Below, piece by piece: positions 52,690 to 64,000 of a stretch of DNA of 64,000 nucleotides. Position 1 is the stretch's first letter, and every line of letters begins with the position of its first letter. Location of the stretch: positions 7,690,001 through 7,754,000 of the forward strand of contig NC_087438.1 in NCBI RefSeq assembly GCF_036321535.1, read 5' to 3'. Position numbers and translations under genes: made by a program. The DNA comes from Camelus dromedarius (taxonomy: Eukaryota). Under the pieces are notes generated by a model. The model saw only the letters and a list, made by a program, of their open reading frames with translations. It had not been told where the DNA came from and ran no database searches.

Positions 52690-54900
52690 TTAATACTAAC
52701 ATGTGGCAGGTTGATGAATACTTGAAGCATAAAGCAAAACGGGGGGACTGAGGGGTGTGGGGGGAGGGGAGACTGTTGGCCTCACTAGTTGATGGCGTGT
52801 GGTTGGGCAAGTGCCCTGGGAACAGTTAATGTTGCGGCAGGGACCCGGCAGATGACAAGAAGCCAGACACTGAAGACACAGGCTAGGGCTCCCAAGTCAA
52901 GAGGAGAGCAGATGTGAGGCTGTGGGGTGGGATGGGGCTTGGCTCACGTGGGAGCAACAGAAAGTTCCTGTGACTGAAGACGAGGGGGGACCAGGAAGAC
53001 AAGGAGCCTTCTGGGTGTCTAGGACAGTTTGGGGACAGTAGAATAGAAACAGGGTGACTGGTTAAGAAGCTATTCCACGAGAGACGGGGGGGGGATGACC
53101 CTGGCTTGGGTGGCAGCTGGTGGTGAGTCATGGGGCAGATTTGGCATCTCTGTTGCAAGGACTTGCTGATGTCTCTGCTGTTGGATGCGGGAGAGAGGAG
53201 CCAGGCCTGACCCTCATGCTGCTGGTGTGACCATGAGGACTGGGGGTGCCATTGACCGAGACTGAGGACACTGGAAGATAAATGTTTCTAGGAAGTGAGA
53301 TCAATACTGCCATGTGGGACATGTAGGGTTAGAGATGCCTGTTGGCAAAGACAGAGGATAAAGGAGAATCTGGAAATTGGAATTTCAGGAGTCATGTCAG
53401 AGCTAGAGGTAAAATTTTGGGAGTTTGGTACATAGACATCATTTAAAGCTAAAAGAAGGGATGGAAGCTTTGCACATGAACGCAAATAGAGGAAAGCGGA
53501 GGACACAGGGCTAAGCCCTGGGTCACTCCAATATTTAGAGGGTGCGGGGAGCAGGAGAAAATTCAAATGAGATGGAGAAGGAACAGAGTGAGCTGGGAGC
53601 AGAACCAGAAGGGTGTGATGTCAGGCGAGACCAGAAAAGGAGATGCATTAGGGAGCAGAAGGCTGAATGATAAGGAGGACCAAGAACAGACCACTGGTCT
53701 TGGGAAGATGGAAATCAATGTGAAGGGGACAAGAGTCCTTTCTTTGGTCAGGTTGGTAAATCTCTGACTCAGGTAGGCTCCAAAGATAGTAAGAATTGAT
53801 GAAGGGGGAATGGTGAGCACAGACAGCCTTTGGCAAAGGCTTATTTATTAAGGGGAGCAGAGAAATGGGGCTTGAAGAGATAGAACAACTGGGAGGTGTT
53901 TTAATATATCACTGGGAAGAGATTGGGCATTTCGGATGCTGATGGGAATGACTCAACGTAGAGGAGGAAAAACTGGTTATGCAGGAGAGAAAGAGAAAAA
54001 TTTCTTAAGAAAGGAGAGGTTGATAGGATTCAGTGAACAGTGGGGTCATTGGCCATGGAAACAGGAGGGAAGGCAGACAGGCTGAACAGCCACACACGCA
54101 GCGAGGAGGTGGGTTGATCTGGTGACGGGATGATGAGAACATCCTGTTCTGTTTTCTTACATTTTTGGGAGGGGGGTGGTGGTGAGAAGTGAGGTCATCT
54201 GCTGAGGATGAGACAGAGTTGGAGTTTACAGGCTGGAAGAGGAGAGAGGAAGGGAGGGAAGGGGGAAGGAGAGAGGAAGAAGAGAAAGTGTGAAACGATT
54301 CTTGAGGCAAGTGGGGAGCAAGTTGATCTTGGCCAGGTGGTCCAGGGGCCAGGTGCTGAGAGGAGACTGGAGGTTTGTGGCAATGAATTCAAAATGAGAA
54401 GACTGATCACCGGGGTGGCTTGTATTCCCCCAGCCACATTCAGCTGCTCTGGGGCAGGAATTGGGTAGATGGAAGTGGTTGGGGTTGGTCAGGAAAATAA
54501 CTTGGAAGGAGACAAGGACAAGGGAGTGCAAAGGGCAGGTGGAGGAAACCCACAGAGTCTAAGGTGGGCAAAGAGGAAGGTGAAGATGTGGGGAGGGGAT
54601 GGAGGGAGAAAACTAGTCAGTGGATGGAGGATCCACAAAGCGTCACAGACTGTGGGAGTGGGGGCACTTCACAGATGCTAGGGGTTTCCTCGAGGGAGGA
54701 GAGAAGAGAACTTTCTGGAAAGAGCAGAGGAGCAAGGAGGACACCTACTCCACCTCCCAGCCTAGTGAGGTGGGGGAGGGGGTGGGAAGCAAAACGGCCA
54801 CCACTTGAGAGGGCTGCAGGGGGTCGGGGGGCTGTCCTCAGATGTCAGAGCAACAAGACTGAAAACGAAGGTGTGGGTGGTAGAGATGGGGGACTTTAAA
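52690..54900 (-). mobile_element. Long degenerate L2 remnant (intronic)
   Basis: Purine-rich plus strand with L2-like motifs (AGATTTGGCATC...GGACTTGCTGAT, GAGCTAGAGGTAAAATTTTGGGAGT, CATAGACATCATTTAAAGC). The distal boundary is uncertain. Confidence 0.65.
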
Positions 54901-57900
54901 CGGGGAGAGGACGGGAGGGAGTAGGGAGAGGTGGACTACTGGGGTAGATTACTGGTCATTTAGAGTCTTTGAGTGAGAAGAGTCCAGAAACAAAGGCCGA
55001 CCCAGGCGTCTTGGGCAGTCAGTGGTGACGGAGGTGAGGAGGGACTAAGAGCAAACAGCCACCACCTCCTGAGGGGAAGGTGCGAGTCGTGGGAAGAGGC
55101 AGGGGTCAGGGCGGGAGGAGAGAACGGACAGTCTCTGCAGGAGCTCTGAGCATTTCCCTTCAGTCCTCCGAGGCGAGGCCGGCGGCAAGGACAGGGGAGG
55201 GGCAATCTTCTAAAAGCACGTCAAGCATATCAGAAGTGCAAGGACCCGTGACGCAGGTATGGGAACAATTTAAAAAAGTGTTTGAAAAAGATATTCCTTT
55301 CTTTTGAAGGGAATGCTTTGTTGACAGCAAAAATCCTTAAATATCACCAAACAGAGGCAAGTCATTTTATGTTTGTCTCACTTGCAATTTAGGTTTACTT
55401 TGGGTGGGTGGGGTTCCAGGTAGTGGCTCAGGAAGTGGTGACTTCTCTGGTCGTGAATGAGTAATGATAATCCGTATGTCATTAAAGGTAGGCAAGGTAT
55501 TTCACAGTAGGAATATCGGCTAATGCCTGATGTGTTCTGAGACCCAGGAGACACCAGACGTGAACAAGGCACGACTCTCAGTCCGGTTTTACTTGGCGAG
55601 TAGCGCTGGGTTAGCCAGCATCTCACTCTTACCCAGGTGACCGGAGATGTTTGCTCGGCAGTTCAGGATTCAAGACGCTTAGATTCCGTTGGGACCACGC
55701 AAATATTTACATCCCTGGAAGTGTCAGGAGAGTGGATGTAATAATAAAACTGCATATGAAGGAATGAACTCACAAAAAGCACCAAAAAAAGCTTTCAAAT
55801 CCTTCATGAGACCCGTTTCTGAGAATGCAGACGTGTGACAGAATGAGTCTGTGCAGGTGACTTGCCTGTGGGTCGGGGGATTCGCGGACACCTGGGGATG
55901 ATAAGGAGTGTGTCAGAGGCACCGAGGGGGCTGCCCGGAGCCCGACCCCTCGCTTCCGGCCAGTGATTACACGCATGCGCACAGGAACTCTGACTAGGGG
56001 ATGAGGGCGGGGCTTAGGGAACAAAGCAGCGTGGAAACCCAGTTAAGGGTCTGGATTAGAGCAGTTTCCTCAGCCACAGCTTGGGAGATCCTGGAGGAGC
56101 AAGGAGAGGTAGCTGGTTATCTCCATCTCTCTTCCTCCCTTTATTGACTGATGCACAGTGAAAGGTGTGATGATCAAAACAAAGAACTCCAAAACTGCTA
56201 CATTCACCTGTGCCTACAAGGGACCTCAGATTTAATTTTGATAGCACCTACCTCCACACATAACCGGGAACAGTATAACCTTTTTTCAGTTATGCTGAAT
56301 AATTACTCGAGGATGGATCTCATGACCGACCCTCTCCATCTTTCACTGAACTGAAATTTTTAGTCATTTAATGGAAAAATAAAAATTTTTCTTTCTAAAG
56401 AAGAAGAGACATGAAGGTATATTTTCTCCAGGATAGTTACTGCAACACTCATTTCTTTCATCCAACTAGCCATGGACATACTTGTCATCTAGGAGCAACG
56501 TACAATCAATTTAATTATTCATTTATTACCACTGTCACTCAGAAAGACTTGAAAGTGGTTTACACAAACACACACAATTTGGGTACAGAGTTGTTAAATC
56601 ATTATTTGCCTCTTTGATCACTATTTTTTCTTCTTGACATTTTAACTCATTATAGGCCAGAGGCTCTTCCCTGAATTCTATCTATGCTGTTGAGTGCTTA
56701 ACCGCAGTGCCCCTTCACATCATACCTTTGTCTTCTAGGGGTTAGAGAAGAAAGCTCAGGGAAGGAAACAGAGTGACGAATAGTCACAGGAACTAGGGTA
56801 GGGCTGTTAGCCCTTAGATGATAAAGAACTCCTTTAACGTCCATCTTTCACCTCCAGCAGAATGACCGCAAAGCTGTGCCCTTCAGCTCCAGACCCAGCC
56901 AAGCTGTCAAAAATGTGATATGAGATCTGCACCTCAAATTGCTTTTTATTTTAAACACATTAAACTTAAAACTGGAGGCTGTTAAATTGTTCCAAGTATA
57001 GGGAGATAGACATCCAAAAGAGAAGAGGAGTTCAAAGTCATTGAACTTTAAATTGCCACCAGAAATAACCTGATTTCCTTTATCTTACCCTCTTACTGTC
57101 CTTCTACCAGTTTCAGCTTCTGTGTGAAAGTTTCCGGCATGTTTCTTTATGAAATTGTTTTATTCCCTAAAGCTACTCTTAGCCACATCAGTATTTTCAA
57201 TGGTCCAGAGAATGTGAGAACCAAGGTCATGTTCTTCACAGCCTCACGACCATTATGGTCCTCATGGTTTGTCTACTTGGCGGTTGCTCTATTTCCTACA
57301 GACCTTCCCCTGAAGTACTTTGAGGTCCCTGAATTTATAATCATCTCCATCATATATATATATATTTATTTATCATCATAGAGATACATATTTCTATTCT
57401 ACCATCCCATAAACATCTCCAAGAAGACTGTTACTAGAGAGATTTCCACTAACAGAGCTCAGATGAAGGTCTTTCAGACCAGTCTACACAAGGTTAGTAC
57501 AACACACACTCGCCCCATAGCCTCTTATTCTGGAAACTCCGCAGGACAGTCCATTCAGATCAGCACGTGCATTTGTTAGGTCTGTGTGCAAAGGATGAGC
57601 TAAAGCTGTTTGTCAAGGCTCAAAACTGCTTTCACTCTGGGTCTCTGTTGATGGAGAGGTCAAATTAGACAGGTGTCCGAGTCAGCCCTTCGCTCCCAGT
57701 GAGAACCCAGTCTCTCCCAATGACTGGTAAGCTCTATCTCAGTTTCTGTCCCATAAATTAAGGGCAAAAAGACTCAGTCACCTTGGGGAATTTACAACAG
57801 AGTCCTGCCTGTGCCTCAGGCTCTGAGCTTCTGTTTAAATTGCTCTGAGTAGGGTCTGGGCCTTGGTATTTTCAAAAGCCCCCAGGTGATGCTAGTGAAC

Positions 57901-60900
57901 AGCCTGGCTGGGCACTTGGAGGTTCTCTGCGACAGTGGCTGGTGGAGACTAACAGGGATACAGAATACATTTTAAAGGGCTAAATCCTAGGAGACCCGAC
58001 GGTCTCTGACTCTATTTGGGAAAGTCAAATAAGGCATTCTCAAGGCTGACATCTACAGGAACAAAAACTGGTGTAACCTCAGAGCAGAGGGACCCTAACC
58101 CTAACCCCTGCCCCCCACTGAGCCCCAGTCATGCCTGATTACCCAGCCAGCACCACGTGATTCGATTTCACAGTCTACACCTTTGACCAGGCAGCTCCAC
58201 GACCAGACACAGCACCTTCTCTGTTTCTGCCTGTCACATCTTCCTCCTCCTGCTCAGTTTTGTGCTAGGTAAACAGGAGGCAGGCCGCACGTGTTCATTA
58301 AGTCACTATTGCTAAATGAATTCTACCTCTGAGGTTTGGGAAAGCTTTCAGCAACGCTGCTACAGTTTTCTTTGTCAGCTATGAACAAAATGCTATGACA
58401 TCACACTTCGGTCTGTTGCAAGCTTATCTGTCTGCCCAGCTGTGAGGCAGGGCTGGGCTTGTTTACTTCCAAAGGCCTGGTCTCTAGCATCGTACCTGCA
58501 ACACGGAGGTGCCTGATACACGCCGGTCAGATTCAATGATTTAAGATGACTGCATTCATTATTGTAAATGCAACGATAAGCGATGCCATTGTCTCTACTG
58601 CTAACTCTACAGTTAATGAACGAAGGTTATCAGAGCCTTACAATTTTTTTTTCAGTCTAGCTTAGAGCAGCCTCCCCAGCACCACCTGCTGCAACTGGTG
58701 TATCAGCCCTTTACGACATACTCACTGCTGGGCTGCAGGCAGGGTTAGTTTAGCTAAAATGGCACCTACAAAAAAGAAAAAGAAAAGAAAAAGATAAAAG
58801 TAGCCTACGGCTTGCCTGCTCCATTTTAAATGGTAAATTCTCTCAGCTCCCCATGTTTCAATGTGAGGTATACAAAGCTGCCTCCTCTTTAACCAATCTT
58901 GTAAATAATCTCGGAGCATCATTCCACCTGCCACATCTGGCCCTGGATCAGCGCTGATTCCACCCACAGCTCTCGGAGCGCGTACCTCGCACACCCCAGC
59001 CCTTTCACCAATCTCTACCGCTTCCTGCATCCTGCAGCTCAGGAAACATAAGCACCTGTCCACAGCAGATACACTCACTTCTCCCCAGACATGATCGTTA
59101 GCAGAGCCAGGAGAAAAGGAGGAGAAGGGGAGACAGGCACATTTGTCATTAGATATGCTCCCATCTCCTTTAGGTGGGGTTCAGGGGCCCACACCTGCCG
59201 CTTGGTGTGGACTGTGCCCACGAGACTGAATGGACCAGTTTCTGGAGGGGTCATCTCATGGGAACATCACTGGGCAGGGAACACCGATGAACAGAGTCAC
59301 TGCTCCGGAGAGGGAGCAGGGTGCCGTGTGTGCCAGCAGGAGGTGTGCAGAGCCTGTGGGTGTGAGGGAATGAAACGGAGCCACGTGGGAGTGTTCCCAG
59401 AATTCCTCCTCCCCCGATGGCCAGAGAGCATCCTGTCACTGCCCGCAGAGCCAGGAGGGAGCCCCGCCCCCCAGGGCTGGATCAGAGGAGTGATGGGAAA
59501 GGACGTTGCCAGCTGGAAGAGGAGGGAGAAGAGATTAGGGAGAGAACTTGTTCAGTCTGTGTAATAAAGAGCTTAGAGCAGAAGTGGAGAGGAAGAGTAA
59601 ATATCTTAAGGGCTGTCTGGAGGATCTGGTGACTAGAGAGGCTAGAGAAAAGGGGTTGAATACCGAACCCTCGTCAAGCTGCTTCAGGAGGTGATACTAA
59701 CAGGGCGTGGGATTTCAGGTTACTGACGCTGTGATCCTGAGCTCGGAAAGAGGCTCCCTTTAGTGACTAGACGACGAAGGGGTGGAAAGTGACAACGCCC
59801 GTGAATATTTACAGCTGTGATGATGAGCTAAATGGTGAGGCTTCCACTTGCAGTTCTGCTTCCAAAGTGAGTTGTGGAAGTTTTACCTTCTATACTTCAA
59901 ATTTAGATGTAACAAATCTCTTCTAATGATAAGTGACATCTCTGACTTGGACAAAAGCTTCAATAAATAATTAACCTTGAAAATGGAGAATAGTTGTTCC
60001 TTCCACTGAGGATATTAGTTGGAACCCAACATATATACAAGGAGACCGTCCGCCAGTATGTTTTTCCTCCCTTTGAAAACAGCTCTGGAACTTCCTTCAT
60101 CGGATAAGACTAAGTTGGCATCTAAACAAGAATTTCTCAGTAGGCATAAAAAGACTATTTAGTTCTGAAGTAACAAATGCAAGTTTTTTGCGTAAGCTGT
60201 CCTTGAAGGCTCTCGGCCCATAAAGCTTGTCAATTCTCATTTGCTTTGAGTGACTTGAGATGCAGAGGAAGTGTGCTGAAAATCCTTGGGGCTTTGAGCA
60301 ACTCAAGTTCATCCACTTATTCAACCTAGAACACTTACAGCTTGTACCTGCCGTCACCAACGGGACCGTGTCAGGAACCTGTTTTTCAAATAAAAGTTAA
60401 AACCTGAATTGTTGCCATCCCCTGAACCAGCGAAGACATTGCTCACTTGTGGAAAACCTGATCGCTCAAAATTGTGCCAGTTTTCCAGTCATTTTTTAGT
60501 GGAATAAACCTATCGATGTAATCACACGAAGCAGAGACAGACAGAAAAGATTCCACATTAGTGGTAATTATACAAACATCCTCCTTCCTTCAATAAAAGG
60601 TATTATAGAGAGAAAAAAACGGGAGTAGATTATTCAGCCTGAGTGATGGAGGACAAAGCCCGATTTTGCGTGTCACTGAAACCGCAAGTCCTCTTTGCTA
60701 CCATAAAACAAGCTTGCATCTCTTTTTAAGGTAAACTGTTTGTTAAAGATTCATTAGAATTAATTCCATCAACAATTCCAAAAGCTATTAGAGTTAAATA
60801 TTTAAACCAAATCTTAAGGGCCAAAGGGAGTATTTACCATTTAATGCAGAAATAAATACCACCTGGCAGGCCGGTGACGTTCATTAGCTCGTTTCAGCTC

Positions 60901-61574
60901 CGGTGCGTCTAATGAAATTTAATTGAATTGATTTGGGTACTTAAAGGTACAGTACATGTAAGGGTGAGAGTCTTCTGTGGTACCGTCTTTTAAAAGCAAA
61001 TATTGAGTAAATCCATTTCAGGAATTCAATTTACTGCCATTGGACTAATTCTAAAAAACTGATGTCACTGAGAAGATTTGACAAATTGGAGGAAACTGAT
61101 ACAATTTGGTCGAAGAACGTATACCATTGTGAACTACTGGTACCAAACAGAATGCAGAAAGCCACTGGGGAAATGGACCTGAGACCAGCTCAGGCCTTCT
61201 GTTTCCCTGGTGTCACTCTGGTGGCCTTAAAAGCAAGCTCTGCAGTGGACGACGTTTAACAATGGCCTCTGTGCTCTAATCAGTGCTGCAAAGCTAAATT
61301 TGGGGTGAAACTGAACCAAGTCCAGTCTTCAGGTTTACAAATCCAAGTTCGGCTTCTAGTACTGAAGACATTCCGACATATGAAAAGCCAGGTATTTTAG
61401 ATCTATATCCATCAGTGGCCAACAAGTTCAAAGCTCACCCTGGGTCCCAATCGCAAAATCTGCACACCCTACGCTGCTTCTGAATGTCTCAGACCATGGA
61501 AATGGAAGCAGAACCACTGAATGTGCCCTCTGTTAAGCTTAAACTCTGGGGTGGCTATGTTGTTGGATTTGTTT

Positions 61575-62730
61575 AATAAACGTTAAAAAGTACCTAGCAC
61601 TGTGCTGAGCACAGGGCAATGAGAACAGAGAGTCAGGTAGGAATGGCTCCTGAGGGGAAGGTAAAGGGGAGGTGGGTATTTAAAATAGGATTACATTACA
61701 TCACATCACATTTCTGGTAAGAGCCATGAAGCAAATGTACAGGTTATTATGAAGGATTTTTACTAGCCTTAGAGAGATGGAGAGGCTGGTTCCTTTGAGG
61801 AAGTGACAGTTAAACTGAGATGGAAATAACCAGGCTTGGTGGGAGAGAAGGGACGGCATTCTTGGCTGAGGAATGAACCTTTGCCCGTGCCATGCAAAGG
61901 CACTGAGGTTGACACTCTTGTGCCTGCAAGGAAGAGCAGGGGGAACTAGGAGGCCAATGTGGCTGAAACAATGTGATTGAGGGAGGTGAGCTTAGAGAGG
62001 TGTGTCGGGCTCTACCTTGAGAGGAATTGGAAGCTACTGAGGAATTTTAATCAGGAGACTGACATGGTTAGATCTGGATTTTTTAAGAGTGTGTTCTGAA
62101 TGCTTAAGGGAAAAGAAACTGAGGCTGGTGAAGGAGGTTCCGTAAAACCAATCAGGCAGCAATTGCTCTAGGACTAGGGGCAGGTGATGGTGACAATGAA
62201 GATGGGGGAGGAAACTGGATTTGAGAGATATTCAGACAATAGAATCCACAGGGCTTGGTGCTAAATGTAGTGAGATCAGGAAGAGGGAGGTATGAATTGG
62301 GTAACTCCTGGATTTCTGGAAAGAACCACTGGGTGGACTAGGTGCTGTTTACTGAGATGGGCAACAATGGAGGGAGGATGGATTTGGGGAAGATACTGAG
62401 AGCTACATGTTAGATGCGTGGGCTGTCAGAGCCTGTGAGCTATTTCAGTGGAGATGCTGCGTTGGTAGTTGTGTATGTATAAGCTTAGAGTTCAGGAGTG
62501 AGGACCACACAGAGAAGTAAATGCAGATGCCAGTGGCCTTCAAATGTACTTAAAAGCCATAGGGCAGATGAGATCATCTCCACTAGAGGATATAGGGTGA
62601 AAAGCAAAGTTGCGTCAGGGAAGACCAGGAGTCTGCAAAGAAGACTGAGATGGAGTCTTGCAAGGTCAGAGAAAACCCGGGGGAGAGCGGTAGCTGAGAA
62701 GCCTGGAGGAGATCATGTAAGGGAGGAGGA
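61575..62730 (-). mobile_element. L2 remnant
   Basis: GAGGAAGTGACAGTTAAACTGAGA, ATGCAAAGGCACTGAGG, AGAATCCACAGGGCTTGGTG and TACTTAAAAGCCATAGG. Confidence 0.7.
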
Positions 62731-63075
62731 TTTGGCCAGGACTGCTAACTGGTCTCCCAAGTTCATTTCCTTTTCTTCCTGGACACACACCTAGACTATA
62801 TGTCCCAACTTCCCTCGCAGTTTTGTACGGCCATGTGATAGAGATCCAGCCAATGGACCGGGAGGTAATGCACTTGTGCTGTTGCTGAGTATGTGGCAGG
62901 TGGAATCACAGCAGAGGAAGGAGTCTGGGTTCCCTGGTGTCTCCGTGGAGAAGAGCTGACCTGCCTACATGAACACCTGACCATGATGGTTGCAGGAAAG
63001 TAAACTTCTACTGAGTTGGATCATTTGATGTTTAGGTCTCCCTGTTACAGCGGGGAGCCCTCCCTGACTAACACA
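62731..63075 (+). mobile_element. MLT1-type LTR
   Basis: TTCCTGGACACACACCTAGACTATATGTCCCAACTTCCCTCGCAGTT...GGCCATGTGA...TAAACTTCTA...CCCTGACTAACACA. Confidence 0.7.
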
Positions 63076-63489
63076 GAGGATGGGAATGGCTGAACCCTGC
63101 AATCAGAAGCAATTTCAAAGGAGGTGTCAGGACAGACGCCACATCTGACTGCAGCATGAAATGGAAAGTAGTGCATGAAACTTGAACTTTCTAGAAACTT
63201 AACTGTGAAAGGCAGAGCACGTGAGGGCAGAAAGTGGTGAGGCGGAAGATGGAAGAGGATGACTGGTGGGGGACATTGCTTTTTTTTTTTCTGTAAGCTA
63301 GAAGCACAAAGAGAATGTGTATCTATCGGAAAAGAACGAACGACCAGTGGGAGAGGCTGAAACAAGAGGAAAACTGACACAGTTAGGTTCTCACTCAAAG
63401 AAAATGACTTAAGAAACCTGGATTATAAATAGAAAAAAATGTGTATTTTAGAATAGAACCAAATATAAGCATAAAATAAAATAATCAAG

Positions 63490-64000
63490 AAATAACTGTT
63501 AAGCAAACAACCCAATCCAAAAATGAGCAGAAGGACCTAAACAAGACATTCTCCAGTGAAGACATATACTTGGCCAATAAGCACATGAAAACATGCTCAA
63601 TATTGGTAATGATCAGAGAAATGCAAATCAAAACTACAGTGAGGTATCACTTCACACCAGTCAGAATGGCCATCATTCAATGGTCCACAAATGATAAGTG
63701 CTAGAGAGGGTGTGGAGAAAAGGGAACCCTCCTACACTGCTGGTGGGAATGTAGTTTGGTGCAGCCACTGTGGAAAACAGTATGGAGATTCCTCAAAAGT
63801 AAGAACAGACTTACCATATGATCCAGCAATCCCACTCCTGGGCATATGTCCAGAGGGAACCTTAATTCAAAAAGACACCTGCACCCCAATGTTCATAGCA
63901 GCACTATTTACAACAGCCAAGACATGGAAACAACCTAAATGTCTATTGACAGATGACTGGATAAAGATGTGGTATATTTATACAATGGAATACTACTCAG
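63490..64000 (+). mobile_element. L1 ORF2 3' region, relatively young, runs off the window
   Basis: AAACAACCCAATCCAAAAATG, AGAGAAATGCAAATCAAAACTACA, AGGGAACCCTCCTACACTGCTGGTGGGAATGT and ATGGAATACTACTCAG. Confidence 0.95.

Overview
This is mammalian genomic DNA, not microbial. It is most likely from a camelid (alpaca/llama/camel), inferred from three copies of a tRNA-derived SINE resembling camelid vic-1. The only protein-coding content I can support is the 3' end of CTNND2 (delta-catenin) on the minus strand. It has four GT-AG exons (51356-51230, 47150-47019, 41577-41504, 34209-33949) that join in frame into 197 aa plus stop, ending ...[14 protein letters not shown], followed by a 3' UTR of about 1.6 kb. 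Positions 51357-64000 are intron. Positions 1-32300 are intergenic and repeat-rich (L1, L2, MIR, MLT1/MaLR, two solo ERV LTRs, MER DNA transposons, microsatellites). Nearly all ORFs in the supplied track are spurious. I found no convincing new biological system. The best leads are a candidate alternative terminal exon that would remove the PDZ-binding tail, an intronic ETS/NRF1/SP1 promoter-like cluster, an exact telomeric 22-mer inside a MER5, a 36-bp direct repeat, and stacked retro-insertions at one target site. Repeat family names come from recalled consensus sequences, and their boundaries are approximate unless a target-site duplication (TSD) is given.
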